Positions 1 to 9,714 are shown, counted from the stretch's first letter. The stretch is DNA of 64,000 bases from an uncultured Chryseobacterium sp. (GCA_913778505.1 CAJYWD010000046.1:10566-74565), one strand, 5' to 3'. Numbers and translations: made by a program. Notes: generated by a model from the letters alone, not told the origin.

Positions 1-1346
1 GCTCCACCGGCCAAAATCCAGGCTTCCGCTGCTGTGTACAAGTCAGGAAGCGGCTTCCAAAGCACTCTGGCAACCGGAAGTTTTGGCAATTCTTCGGTGA
101 TTTCCAACGCTTTTGTTTTGTTGATTAAAAGCCTGAAATGATTTCCGAAATCCATCAAAGCGGCATTTAAAGAATCAATATTTCCTCTGGAATTGAACAC
201 CAGACGAACCGGGTCGGCTTTTCCGCCAATTCCCAATGGGTGAATTTCACAAGATGGTTTGTCGATTGCCAAAACAGGGTCAACTTCCAACATATGCGAG
301 CCTAAAATCGAAGGATTGGAAGGATCCAAATGATACGTATAATCTTCCATAAAGGCATTTCCGCCTTCAAGGCCTTGTCCCATTGTTTTCATTGCACGAA
401 CCAAAGCGGCAGTTTTCCAATCGCCTTCGCCGGCAAATCCGTAGCCTTTTTCCATTAAACGCTGCACGGCAATTCCAGGCAGTTGTTCCAAGCCGTGAAG
501 GTCTTCGAAAGTATCGGAAAAACCTTTGAAATTGCCGTCTTTCAGGAATTTTTCCAAACCTAATTCAATTCTTGCAGCAACTTCCAGAGATTTTCTGTTT
601 GAACCTCCGGAAAGAAGAGATTCTGCCATTTTGTATGACGCTTCATATTCTTCAATTAAGGTTTTGATTTCGCCATCACCAATCGAATTGACAACGCCTA
701 CCAAATCCCCGATTCCCCAAGTGTTGACCGAAAATCCGAACTTGGTTTCCGCTTCTACTTTATCTCCATCGGTAACGGCTACAAATCTCATATTATCACC
801 AAAACGGGCGAATTTTGCGCCTTGCCAATCATCCCAACCTGCGGCAACTCTACTCCATTCTCCAATCTGTTTCTGAACTCTTTCTTCCGCCCAATGTCCT
901 ACAACGACTTTTCTGTTTTTGCGCAGACGGCTCACCATAAACCCGAACTCCCTGTCACCGTGAGCAGCCTGATTCAGGTTCATAAAATCCATATCCATCG
1001 TAGACCACGGAATATCCTGATTGAACTGTGTATGCAAATGCAACATTGGCTTTTGTAAAGCGGTCAGTCCACGAATCCACATTTTTGCAGGTGAAAACGT
1101 ATGCATCCAGGTTACAATTCCGATGCAGTCTTTTGCAAAGTTGACAGCTGTAAGTGTCTCAAAGATTTCTTCCGTGGTTTTTACGGTTGGCTTCAAAACG
1201 ACTTTTACAGGAATCTGTGATGAAGCGTTTAAAGCTTCCACGATTTTCGCTGAATGTTCCGCAACCTGAGCCAATGTTTCAGGGCCGTATAAATGCTGGC
1301 TTCCGGTGATGAACCAGATTTCTTTGGTATTGAGAGGTGTTAACAT
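1..1346 (-). CDS. araA: L-arabinose isomerase (3' end runs off the window; not in the ORF track)
   Basis: Manual translation from ATG at 1346: [25 protein letters not shown]...[11 protein letters not shown]...[13 protein letters not shown]...[12 protein letters not shown]...[10 protein letters not shown]...FMEDYTY...LGSHMLE. These are AraA signature motifs; gene follows araB-araD. Confidence 0.96.
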   Translation of the reverse strand, partial: MLTPLNTKEIWFITGSQHLYGPETLAQVAEHSAKIVEALNASSQIPVKVVLKPTVKTTEEIFETLTAVNFAKDCIGIVTWMHTFSPAKMWIRGLTALQKPMLHLHTQFNQDIPWSTMDMDFMNLNQAAHGDREFGFMVSRLRKNRKVVVGHWAEERVQKQIGEWSRVAAGWDDWQGAKFARFGDNMRFVAVTDGDKVEAETKFGFSVNTWGIGDLVGVVNSIGDGEIKTLIEEYEASYKMAESLLSGGSNRKSLEVAARIELGLEKFLKDGNFKGFSDTFEDLHGLEQLPGIAVQRLMEKGYGFAGEGDWKTAALVRAMKTMGQGLEGGNAFMEDYTYHLDPSNPSILGSHMLEVDPVLAIDKPSCEIHPLGIGGKADPVRLVFNSRGNIDSLNAALMDFGNHFRLLINKTKALEITEELPKLPVARVLWKPLPDLYTAAEAWILAGG

Positions 1347-1369
1347 ATTTTTAGTTAATTGTTTTTTGT

Positions 1370-1474
1370 TGATAGCTGATGGATAATTGTACAAAGTATG
1401 ATGTACAATGTACTTTTTACATTTTACATTTTACTTTTTACTTTTTACTTTTTACTTTTTACTTTTTACAAAAA
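1370..1474. repeat. 7-bp periodic array (15 heptads; core (A/T)TTTTAC x8 at 1414-1469)
   Basis: tgatagc tgatgga taattgt acaaagt atgatgt acaatgt acttttt acatttt acatttt acttttt x5 acaaaaa, between araD stop and araA start. Confidence 0.85.
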
Positions 1475-2173
1475 TTATTGTCCATAATAGGCATTTTTGC
1501 CGTGCTTTCGTTCGTAATGTTTTTTGATGAGTGAATCTTTCAAACGTGGTGCATTCGGATTAATTTGCCTTGTGAGATAAGCCATTTCTGCGATGGTTTC
1601 GAGGACTTTGCTGTTGTAAACGGCTTTCTCGGCATTTTTTCCCCAAGTGAACGGCCCGTGATTTCCGATGAGTACCATTTCTACTTCTTCGTAAGACAAG
1701 TTCTTTTCTTTGAAACAATCCAGAATTTGGATTCCGGTATTGTACTCGTAATTGCCCTCGATTAAATCATCGTGCATCGGCGGTGCACAAGGAATATCTG
1801 ATGTTAAATGGTCTGCGTGGGTCGTTCCGAAAATCGGGATGTCTAACTGCGCCTGTGCCCAAGCTACGGAATAGATGGCGTGTGTATGGGAGATTCCGCC
1901 GATTTTTTCCCAGTTTTTGTAGAGATAAGCGTGGGTTTTGGTATCGGAAGACGGTCTTAAATTTCCTTCCACCACATTGGCATCGTAATCTAAAATCACG
2001 ATGTCTTCCGGTTTCAGTAATTCGTAAGGAACACCGCTCGGTTTGATGGCAAAGATTCCTTTGTCACGGTCGACGGCGCTTACGTTTCCGAATGTGTAAA
2101 CGACCAGCTTCAAGGCATCGAGCTGCATATTGGCTTCGTAACATTCTCGTTTCAGTTCTTTATAGATGCTCAT
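1475..2173 (-). CDS. araD: L-ribulose-5-phosphate 4-epimerase
   Basis: 232 aa class II aldolase fold: LVVYTFGNVS, IKPSGV, PSSDTKTH, HTHAIY, GTTHADH, NHGPFTWG, KHGKNAYYGQ. Confidence 0.96.
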   Translation of the reverse strand: MSIYKELKRECYEANMQLDALKLVVYTFGNVSAVDRDKGIFAIKPSGVPYELLKPEDIVILDYDANVVEGNLRPSSDTKTHAYLYKNWEKIGGISHTHAIYSVAWAQAQLDIPIFGTTHADHLTSDIPCAPPMHDDLIEGNYEYNTGIQILDCFKEKNLSYEEVEMVLIGNHGPFTWGKNAEKAVYNSKVLETIAEMAYLTRQINPNAPRLKDSLIKKHYERKHGKNAYYGQ

Positions 2174-2193
2174 TTATTTAATTTTTAAACTTT

Positions 2194-2282
2194 CGTTTGT
2201 CATTCCGTAGGAATCTCTACAAAGCTTGCTTAGATTGACTTCGTCGAACCACTTCGTTAGGTTTCCTACGGAATGACAAACG
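2194..2282. repeat. Palindromic element with perfect 20-bp inverted arms
   Basis: CGTTTGTCATTCCGTAGGAA (2194-2213) and its exact reverse complement TTCCTACGGAATGACAAACG (2263-2282). Confidence 0.85.
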
Positions 2283-2319
2283 TCCTGGTTATAATCTTCT
2301 CCTATTTGACGCTGAATCT

Positions 2320-2404
2320 GCAGCCCGGCTTGAGCGGAAATCCTTTTTTGCATTGGAAAAGCCCTGGCAAAAAAGATTGGGAGCGGAAGACGGATAAAGC
2401 TGCC
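2320..2404. repeat. GCAGC...GCTGC hairpin element, copy A
   Basis: GCAGCCCGGCTTGAGCGGAAATCCTTTTTTGC-[loop]-GCAAAAAAGATTGGGAGCGGAAGACGGATAAAGCTGCC; homologous copies at 12626 and 21933. Confidence 0.9.
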
Positions 2405-2414
2405 ATAATTATTT

Positions 2415-2456
2415 TAGTTATTGGTTGATGGTTGGTGGTTGATGGTTTTTGATTTC
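2415..2456. repeat. 7-bp periodic array
   Basis: tagttat tggttga tggttgg tggttga tggtttt tgatttc. Confidence 0.7.
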
Positions 2457-2475
2457 TAAATGATTGTAATTATTC

Positions 2476-2554
2476 AACAGGTCGCCTCTACGAGGCTCTC
2501 TTTTTGATGATAATATTTACATATTTCTATTAACAGGGCGCTCCTAACGGAGCT
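2476..2554 (+). repeat. REP-like doublet (AACAG-led short hairpins)
   Basis: aacaggtcGCCTCtacGAGGCt and aacagggcGCTCCtaacGGAGCt; the first 22-mer is identical to 21827-21848. Confidence 0.8.
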
Positions 2555-2573
2555 TTTTTTTAACTTCTATCAA

Positions 2574-4271
2574 CTATAAACTATCAACCGTCAATTTCTT
2601 TCTTGATTTGATATTGTTTTCTGTGAAATCTGCGAGATTCTGATATTGTTTCATAAATTCTGCATATTTTTCTACTTTTTCTGTCTGTGGGAAATATTCT
2701 GCTTCGAAATCGGAGCCCATTTTTTGGCTGGCTTCCTGAACAGTTGGGTAAATTCCTGCTGCAACGGCCGCATAAATGGCTGCACCCAAAGCCGGAGCCT
2801 GGTCTGATTCTGCCACTACAATCGGCATATTAAGAACGTTGGCCAAAGTCTGCATTATGAACGGTGATTTTCTGGCAACGCCTCCGATTCCGATGACTTT
2901 TTCGATTTTCACGCCTTCTTCTTCGAAACGGTCGACGATTTTTTTGGCTCCAAAACAAATGGCATTCACCAACGCTTTGAAAATATGCGGTGCTTTTGTT
3001 CCCAATGAAAGGTTGCTGATTGCCATTTTCAGTTCCTGATTGGCATCCGGAGTCCTTCGTCCGTTAATCCAATCCAAGGCAACCGGAACGACGTCGGAAA
3101 GTGGGATTTTCTCTGCTTCCGAGGTCAGATTTTGAATTAAATTGTTTTCTAATTCTTCTTTTAATAACTGTTTTTGATGCTCATCAATGACAGTGGAATT
3201 CATCAGGATATGGTATGTCGGCCACATTAAAATATCTTTGTACCACGCCAAAACATCACCAAATGCAGATTGCCCCGCTTCCAATCCCATCAATCCCGGA
3301 ATCACGGAACCATCGACCTGTCCGCAGATTCCTTTAACTGTTTTGTCGCCGATAATTTCGTTGGGAGCCACCATAATATCGCAGGTTGACGTTCCCATAA
3401 TTCTGATTAGTGTATTCTCCTCTACTTTTGCTCCCACCGCTCCGGAATGAGCATCGAAAGTTCCGACAGCAATTACCGTATTCGTTGTTAAGCCCAATTT
3501 TGTTGCCCATTCTTTATTCAAATTTCCGGCAATTTCATCAGATGTGTAGGTTTTATCGTATAACCTGTCACGAAGTTCTGCCAGTGAAGAATCCAGCTGA
3601 CCGAGAAACTCTTTGGAAGGCAATCCGTCCCACGATTCGTGCCACATTGCTTTATGACCCGCTGCACAACGGCTTCTTTTAAAAGACGCTAAATCCGCGT
3701 TGTCGGAAAGCAAAAATGTAAGGTAATCGCAATGCTCCATCCAGCTGTACGCCGCATTTTTCACCGCTTCATCTTCTCTGTTGATATGGAGAATTTTTGC
3801 CCAAAACCATTCGGAAGAATAGATTCCGCCTTCAAATTTTGTATAATCTTCACCACCCCAGTTTCTCGCTAGTTGATTGATTTCTTCAGCTTCGTTGATG
3901 GAAGTATGGTCTTTCCACAGCACCATCATTGCATTGGGATTTTCTGAAAATTCAGGCAAAAGTGATAAGGCAATTCCATCTTTATTCACCGGAAGCGGTG
4001 ATGAACCCGTCGTATCAATACAAATACTGACGATATTTTCCGGCGCAACGCCACTTTCCTTGACAACGGTTGAAATTGTTTTTTCCAAACCTTCAATATG
4101 GTCGAGCGGATGCTGACGAAATTGGTTTTCTTCCGGCTTGCAGAACTTTCCTTCTTTCCATCTTTGGTAATAGCTTACGGAAGTTGCCAGTTCTGCCCCA
4201 TTTTCCGTATCAATCAAAACGGCCCGAACAGAGTCTGTTCCGTAGTCTAAGCCGATAACGTATTTTTTCAT
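2574..4271 (-). CDS. araB: Ribulokinase (FGGY family)
   Basis: 565 aa: GLDYGTDSVRA, IDTTGSSP, WKDH, YSSEWFWAK, RCAAGHKAMW, GTFDAH, MGTSTCD, LEAGQSAFGD, DWINGRRTP; adjacent to araD/araA. Confidence 0.95.
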   Translation of the reverse strand: MKKYVIGLDYGTDSVRAVLIDTENGAELATSVSYYQRWKEGKFCKPEENQFRQHPLDHIEGLEKTISTVVKESGVAPENIVSICIDTTGSSPLPVNKDGIALSLLPEFSENPNAMMVLWKDHTSINEAEEINQLARNWGGEDYTKFEGGIYSSEWFWAKILHINREDEAVKNAAYSWMEHCDYLTFLLSDNADLASFKRSRCAAGHKAMWHESWDGLPSKEFLGQLDSSLAELRDRLYDKTYTSDEIAGNLNKEWATKLGLTTNTVIAVGTFDAHSGAVGAKVEENTLIRIMGTSTCDIMVAPNEIIGDKTVKGICGQVDGSVIPGLMGLEAGQSAFGDVLAWYKDILMWPTYHILMNSTVIDEHQKQLLKEELENNLIQNLTSEAEKIPLSDVVPVALDWINGRRTPDANQELKMAISNLSLGTKAPHIFKALVNAICFGAKKIVDRFEEEGVKIEKVIGIGGVARKSPFIMQTLANVLNMPIVVAESDQAPALGAAIYAAVAAGIYPTVQEASQKMGSDFEAEYFPQTEKVEKYAEFMKQYQNLADFTENNIKSRKKLTVDSL

Positions 4272-4503
4272 TAATGTGGATAATTAATTTTTTTATGAAT
4301 TATTTGATAAATCCTTCGACAAGCTCAGGATGACAGCCCTAATACTAACCGTAGTATTTACCATTGCCAGGCTGATAACGTATTTTTTCATTAACGTGAA
4401 TAATAATTTTATAAGTTATTTTACAAAATCCTTCGACAAGCTGAGGATGACAGCCCTAATACCACCCGCAATATTTACCATTGTCAGGCTGAGCTTGTCG
4501 AAG
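4251..4503. repeat. ~120-bp imperfect tandem duplication of the araB 5' end plus a CTTCGACAAGCTCAG REP pair
   Basis: Unit 1 starts gccgataacgtattttttcattaa (4251) and unit 2 gctgataacgtattttttcattaa (4371). Each carries cttcgacaagct(c/g)aggatgacagccctaatac. Inverted arm tgtcaggctgagcttgtcgaag at 4482-4503. Confidence 0.88.
4293..4391 (-). other. 32-codon upstream ORF created by the duplication (MKKYVISLAMVNTTVSIRAVILSLSKDLSNNS*)
   Basis: Manual translation; the first six codons are identical in amino acids to AraB (MKKYVI); stop lies 21 nt before the araB ATG. Translation in vivo not shown. Confidence 0.45.
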
Positions 4504-4549
4504 CCATTCAGTATTAAAGATTGAGTTAAGTTCTTAATCAGAGCTAAAA

Positions 4550-4592
4550 CAAATATAACATTCTATTTTAAATAAATGTAATATTTACACTT
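4550..4592 (-). promoter_or_regulatory. Promoter (-7 TATATTTG) with overlapping GT-N7-AC operator, upstream of araB-araD-araA
   Basis: Minus strand AAGTGT-AAATATT-ACATTT (4574-4592), then TATATTTG (4550-4557) matching Bacteroidota TAnnTTTG; near-identical module at 9600-9642. Confidence 0.75.
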
Positions 4593-4628
4593 AATTTTAA
4601 TTTTCCGTTTGTTAATGATGCTTTGAAG

Positions 4629-6611
4629 TTAATTAATTTTTAAAATAACCAAAGAATTGGCTGGAATAACGGCTGAAAATTTTCCTTTTTTAATGGTCAG
4701 GATTTCTTCTTTTGGAATAATGGTTTCTGATTGGAAATTATTTTCATCGGAAAGTCCTGAAGAAGTCAGTACAATTTTGGTTAATTGATTGCCCGTTTTG
4801 ATGTTTTTCGGATTAATTTCAATTTGAGCTTCTTGCGAATCTGCATTAACTATTTTAATAATAATCTCTCCTTTTTTATCATCACGAACCGCTGAAGCGT
4901 AAAGCTTATTTTCGCCTTCCAATGGCTTTCCGTTTTCTGAGATTTTAATTAAATCTGTTCCTTTGTTGTTGGAAAATAATTTCTGGACATAATAATTTGG
5001 GGTAGCGTAAGATTTTAAATTATTGAACCAAATCAAATCCGGCGTCCACTGCCATCCGTCTGCGTGAGCGAAAAGCGGTGCATAGGAAGTCATTGTCACA
5101 ACATCTGCATTGCGTTCCAGTCCGGTCATAAAAGCGGCTTCCGAAAGTGCGGTGAGCCAATTGTTCTTATTATCCGGTTTTACAACGCCAACAGATTGTG
5201 CGGCGTATTCTCCGGCGAAAACTTTTGGTCCTCTTCGGTCGTACTTATCGTATCGATCTGCATTTTTTAAGAACCATTCAGGGGAATTGTAGTAATGTTC
5301 GTCCACAATCTGAGCATTCAGTTTTTTAAGTTCTTTCCAGCCATAATCGAAAAATTCGCCATCGGGAGACGGTCCGCTTCCGGAAATGATTGTGATATCG
5401 GGATATTTGGTGTGAATCGCTTTTTCAAAAACTTTGTAGCGTTCGATATAATCCGCGCCCCATTGTTCATTGCCAACGCCTATGAATTTCATATTAAAAG
5501 GTTTCGGATGTCCCATTTCAGTTCGGATTTTTCCCCATTTCGTGTTGGAATCGCCGTTTGCAAATTCAATCAAATCCAAAGCATCCTGAACGTATGGGTT
5601 TAGATCTTCCATTTTTACCAATTCAGCTGTGTTAAATTGGCAAGCCATTCCACAGCTGAGAATCGGAAGCGGTTCTGCGCCTAAATCTTCGGCCAGCTGG
5701 AAATATTCAAAAAAACCAAGCCCGAAAGACTGCCAATAATCCGGAGTGAGACGGTGTGCAAATCCGTTGTTCCATTTGTTAATCAAATTTTCTCGGTCTT
5801 CCACTTTACCAATCGTTTTTTTCCACTGGTAGCGTTCTGCCAAAGTTCTTCCTTCGACAATACATCCACCGGGAAAGCGAAGAAACCCCGGCTGCAAATC
5901 GTATAATTTTTGCACCAAATCTTTTCTCAAACCACCTTTTCTGCCTTTCCAGGTGTCTTGAGGAAACAGTGAAATCATATCCATATTCACAACGCCTTTT
6001 CCGGTAAACGTGATTTTAAGTTTAGCTCTTCCAACGGTTTTGGAAGGTGCGAAAACAACATTGTATTTTTGCCAGCCTCCACCTTTGATAATGGTTGAAA
6101 CAGATGAAATCTCGGCGCCGTTTTCATCAATAAGACTGGTATTAATAGCAGAAATATTTCCCGAAATGTTTTCCAGATTAAAGCTCAAATCGTATTTCTC
6201 CCCTTGATGCAAACCGATTCCTCGGAAACCTTCGTTCTCAAGAATATAATTTTTATCATCCCAGACTGTGATTCTGGCGTAGTTTTTATTGGTTTTGCTT
6301 TTGTCTGTTATAATGGTCAGAAATCCTGAATCGAGGTTTGGAGACAGTGTTTTTGTGTTGGGTTGTTTCCAGCCTGTCAACGGTTCATCAAACTCGAAAC
6401 TTCGGTTTTTAATCAGTTCAGCATATAATCCGCCGTCTGCTGCAAAATTGATGTCCTCGAAGAAAATCCCGTACATCGTTGGTTGGATTTTGATGTTGGT
6501 GGAAGTTCCGTCCAAATCGAGGAAATGGGTTTTGGTGGTTTTATTTTGTGCTGAAAAGAAGACTACGCTTAAAGAAAATGCGGTTGCGAATATTTTGGTT
6601 TTTGTTTTCAT
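4629..6611 (-). CDS. alpha-L-arabinofuranosidase, GH51, with N-terminal CBM4/9-like domain
   Basis: 660 aa, signal peptide; MYGIFFEDINFAADGGLYAEL, RFPGGCIVEG, GVGNEQWG, DEHYY, FAGEYA, SYAPLF. Confidence 0.92.
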   Translation of the reverse strand: MKTKTKIFATAFSLSVVFFSAQNKTTKTHFLDLDGTSTNIKIQPTMYGIFFEDINFAADGGLYAELIKNRSFEFDEPLTGWKQPNTKTLSPNLDSGFLTIITDKSKTNKNYARITVWDDKNYILENEGFRGIGLHQGEKYDLSFNLENISGNISAINTSLIDENGAEISSVSTIIKGGGWQKYNVVFAPSKTVGRAKLKITFTGKGVVNMDMISLFPQDTWKGRKGGLRKDLVQKLYDLQPGFLRFPGGCIVEGRTLAERYQWKKTIGKVEDRENLINKWNNGFAHRLTPDYWQSFGLGFFEYFQLAEDLGAEPLPILSCGMACQFNTAELVKMEDLNPYVQDALDLIEFANGDSNTKWGKIRTEMGHPKPFNMKFIGVGNEQWGADYIERYKVFEKAIHTKYPDITIISGSGPSPDGEFFDYGWKELKKLNAQIVDEHYYNSPEWFLKNADRYDKYDRRGPKVFAGEYAAQSVGVVKPDNKNNWLTALSEAAFMTGLERNADVVTMTSYAPLFAHADGWQWTPDLIWFNNLKSYATPNYYVQKLFSNNKGTDLIKISENGKPLEGENKLYASAVRDDKKGEIIIKIVNADSQEAQIEINPKNIKTGNQLTKIVLTSSGLSDENNFQSETIIPKEEILTIKKGKFSAVIPANSLVILKIN

Positions 6612-6635
6612 TGATTGATTTTTGGACTATTTTTT

Positions 6636-6716
6636 AACCACAAAAGGCACAGAAGTTTTGATAAATTAAATCTTTAAGTTTAATAATTATCTTCCAAATT
6701 CAGAACACAGAAGTTT
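6636..6716. repeat. AC(A/G)CAAAG-type short repeat element
   Basis: aaccacaaaaggcacagaagtttt ... agaacacagaagttt; similar elements at 16078-16099 and 23686-23709. Confidence 0.55.
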
Positions 6717-6742
6717 AAGAATCTTTGATTTTCTAGCTACTT

Positions 6743-6816
6743 AGATAGAACTCCTACGGAGTTCTGTTTGACCTTCTATTTCTAGTTTCTACACAGATGG
6801 ACGCTCTTACAGAGCG
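6743..6816 (+). repeat. REP-like doublet
   Basis: agataGAACTCCtacGGAGTTCt ... ctacacagatggaCGCTCTtacAGAGCG; its reverse complement aligns with 12303-12373. Confidence 0.8.
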
Positions 6817-6898
6817 GGCTTCTTTTTGCTTTGAGGTAATTAATTATTTTTCAAAATATGATTGCACGATTATTATTACAGCTTAAAATTTCAAAAAA

Positions 6899-9526
6899 TT
6901 ATTTAACTCTTAACGGAATGCTTTTCAGTCCTGCTTCATCAGAAGTTCCGCCGTAGAAAATCGTGTAATCTCCTGCTTTCGGAGCCAAATCATCTACTTT
7001 TTCATCATAAAATGTAAATGAATCTTTAGAAATCGTTAATTGAATATTTTTTGTTTCCTTAGATTTAATTAAAACCCTTTCAAAAGCTCTCAAAGTCTTT
7101 ACTGGTGCTGAATTATCATTATTTCTTTTTACATATACCTGAATCACTTCCTCACCATTTCTTTCCGAATTATTGGTAACAGGAACTGTAATCGTCACAT
7201 TTTCATTAGGATTGATGGTGTTTTTGTTCAGCTTAGCAGTTCCGTAAGCAAATTTTGAATAACTCAACCCGTGACCGAAAGCATATAACGGTTTTTCCGT
7301 CATATAACGGTAGGTTCTGCCCTGCATATCATAGTTTTCAAAACCCTGATGTTTGCTGGTTTTAGATAAATTATTGTCGAGCTGCTCCAGATTTTTGTAG
7401 AATGTAACCGGCAATCTTCCGGACGGATTGTAATCTCCCGCCAAAACATCTGCAACCGCAGTTCCTCCGGCTTGTCCGCCATACCAAGCGTTCAGTAATG
7501 CATCATAATTTTTTTCATCCTGTTCCAAACCAAGCGAACTTCCCGTACACAGCACAAAAACGACTGGTTTTCCGCTTTTTCTTAATTCCGCTAACAATGC
7601 ACGCTGGACTTTTGGAAGGTCGATGGAAGTTTTATCACCGCCTTTGAAACCTTCCGCATTCACCATCATTTCTTCGCCCTCCAGACTTGGAGAAAGTCCA
7701 CCTGCAAAAATAATCGCGTCCGCATCTTTCACTTTTTCCCTAACCGCAACGAAATTGACAGGGTCTTTTCTGTACACGTCAAAAGTGATGCTTACATATT
7801 TCCCTTTTTGGGTGTGACGTAATTCTATGTTATACTCTTTCCCTTTTTCCATTTTCACAGGAAATTCTGAAGGGTGTCTAGCATCGGGACCTTTTCTGGT
7901 GGCGATTTCTTTTCCGTCAACGAAAAGTGTGTAAATATCGGATGTTGAAGGCGAAAGAATCACATCGCCCGTGTAAGGACTTTTGAAAACGCCGGAAATA
8001 ATTGCTGATGTATTTTCTCTTCCCACATTCGGAGCAAGCTGGGTTCCGCCAAAACTGTTGTAGTTGATTCCTGCTTTATTGACTGAAATATTTGTCGGAG
8101 TTCCTTTGAATTCATTGTTGTTAAAAAACGCTACTTTCATTCCTTTTTCGCCGTTTTTCTGGCTTAAAAAGTTTTGGTAAAGAGAGGTTCTGGATGAAGG
8201 GTCAGCGACTTCTGTTCCTTTTTCATAAATGATTTCAGCGTTTGGAAATTTGGTTTTGATTCCATCTAAAATGGTAACGATTGAGGAAGGTGTTCCGTTG
8301 TAATTTCCCAACTGCATCAATCCGTCATCGGCGTTTGGACCGACAACAGCGATTTTTTTGATATTTTTATTTAAAGGCAAAACATTATTCTCATTTTTCA
8401 TCAGCACTATTGATTTTTGTGCCATTTTTAAAGCCTGTTTTTTATGCTCTTCAGAATCAACAACAGTATATGGAATGGAGTTCCAGTGAACAGAAGATTT
8501 TGGGTCGAGCATTCCCAATTCAAACCAACCTTTCAGAATTCTTCGCATCGAAATATCGAGGTCTTTTTCAGTGATTAATCCGCTTGCGAGAGATTTGTTT
8601 AAGTTATTATAAGTATCACCACACTCTAAATCTGTAGAATGTTTCAGGGCGTCTGCGGCAGTAGTTTTTTCGTCAGGATGCGTTCCGTGATACTGTTTCT
8701 GGTAGAAATCTGCCAATGCCCAGCAATCGGAAACAACCATTCCATCGTAGTTCCATTTTCCTCTCAGAATTTCTGTCAGCAAAGTATTGTTAGCACAGCA
8801 AGGCTGTCCATCGAACGCATTATACGCACACATCACTTCCCTTACATTTCCTTCCAAAACCAATGCTTTGAAAGCCGGAAGATAGGTTTCGTACAAATCT
8901 CTTTTGGAAACTTCGGCGTTGTAAGAATGTCGGTTCCATTCCGGGCCGCTGTGAACGGCGAAATGTTTGGCGCAGGCGTGGGTTTTAAAATATTTCGGGT
9001 CGTTTCCCTGCAAACCTTTTACTGCTGCAACACCTAAAACAGAAGTCAGATAAGGATCTTCACCATAAGTTTCCTGACCTCTTCCCCATCTCGGGTCGCG
9101 GAAAATATTGATGTTTGGCGTCCAGAAAGTGAGACCTTCGTAACGACCTGTTTTCTGAGATTCGTCAAAAGATTTATTGTATTTTGCTCTGGCTTCATCA
9201 GAAATCATTTCAAACGTTTTGAGATGCTCCGGAACGTCCCAGGTTGCCGCCATTCCGATGGCTTGAGGAAAAACCGTGGCTGTTCCCGCTCTTGCGACAC
9301 CATGAAGCGCCTCGTTCCACCATCCGTAACCGGGAATATCCAATCTGGGAACTGCTTTGGAATTGTCCATCATCATTCCTATTTTTTCATCAACCGTTAA
9401 TAATCCGAGAAGATTTTCGATTCTCTGTTCGACCGGAAGTTTGGGGTTCTGGAAGGGATATTTGAAAGTTTGCGCCGATGAGAAAGCACAGAGGAAGATT
9501 GATAAAGAAAACAGCACTTTTTTCAT
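6899..9526 (-). CDS. GH3 beta-xylosidase with PA14 insertion and Fn3-like C-terminus
   Basis: 875 aa, signal peptide; WWNEALHGVARAG, WTPNINIFRDPRWGRGQETYGEDP, KHFAVHSGPE, VVSDCWA, LEGEEM, WYGGQAGG. Confidence 0.93.
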   Translation of the reverse strand: MKKVLFSLSIFLCAFSSAQTFKYPFQNPKLPVEQRIENLLGLLTVDEKIGMMMDNSKAVPRLDIPGYGWWNEALHGVARAGTATVFPQAIGMAATWDVPEHLKTFEMISDEARAKYNKSFDESQKTGRYEGLTFWTPNINIFRDPRWGRGQETYGEDPYLTSVLGVAAVKGLQGNDPKYFKTHACAKHFAVHSGPEWNRHSYNAEVSKRDLYETYLPAFKALVLEGNVREVMCAYNAFDGQPCCANNTLLTEILRGKWNYDGMVVSDCWALADFYQKQYHGTHPDEKTTAADALKHSTDLECGDTYNNLNKSLASGLITEKDLDISMRRILKGWFELGMLDPKSSVHWNSIPYTVVDSEEHKKQALKMAQKSIVLMKNENNVLPLNKNIKKIAVVGPNADDGLMQLGNYNGTPSSIVTILDGIKTKFPNAEIIYEKGTEVADPSSRTSLYQNFLSQKNGEKGMKVAFFNNNEFKGTPTNISVNKAGINYNSFGGTQLAPNVGRENTSAIISGVFKSPYTGDVILSPSTSDIYTLFVDGKEIATRKGPDARHPSEFPVKMEKGKEYNIELRHTQKGKYVSITFDVYRKDPVNFVAVREKVKDADAIIFAGGLSPSLEGEEMMVNAEGFKGGDKTSIDLPKVQRALLAELRKSGKPVVFVLCTGSSLGLEQDEKNYDALLNAWYGGQAGGTAVADVLAGDYNPSGRLPVTFYKNLEQLDNNLSKTSKHQGFENYDMQGRTYRYMTEKPLYAFGHGLSYSKFAYGTAKLNKNTINPNENVTITVPVTNNSERNGEEVIQVYVKRNNDNSAPVKTLRAFERVLIKSKETKNIQLTISKDSFTFYDEKVDDLAPKAGDYTIFYGGTSDEAGLKSIPLRVK

Positions 9527-9599
9527 TAGAGTTTATTTAAGAATATTATCCAAATATCAAATTAGTTTTAAAGAGAGAATTTCGATATTCGGTTGATAA

Positions 9600-9642
9600 C
9601 AAATATAACATTCTATTTTTAATAAATGTATAATTAACACTT
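9600..9642 (-). promoter_or_regulatory. Promoter (-7 TATATTTG) with GT-N7-AC operator, upstream of the GH3 gene
   Basis: Minus strand AAGTGT-TAATTAT-ACATTT (9624-9642) and TATATTTG (9600-9607), same spacing as at 4550. Confidence 0.75.
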
Positions 9643-9678
9643 ATTTTATTGAAATTTTTAAATGTTTGAATATTAAAT

Positions 9679-9702
9679 AAAAAACCACCAGAAATCTGAT
9701 GG
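9679..9702 (-). terminator. Intrinsic terminator after GH115
   Basis: Minus strand CCATCAG-attt-CTGGTGG (one G.U pair) followed by TTTTTT. Confidence 0.6.
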
Positions 9703-9714
9703 CTTTTATGATTA

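Noticed and set aside
1414-1469. TTTTTAC tract as a phase-variation switch
   Set aside because: It is intergenic, not in a coding frame or a recognised promoter spacer, so no ON/OFF mechanism is evident.
4330-4524. 64-aa plus-strand ORF with an internal repeat
   Set aside because: It is only a translation of the tandem duplication and REP arms.
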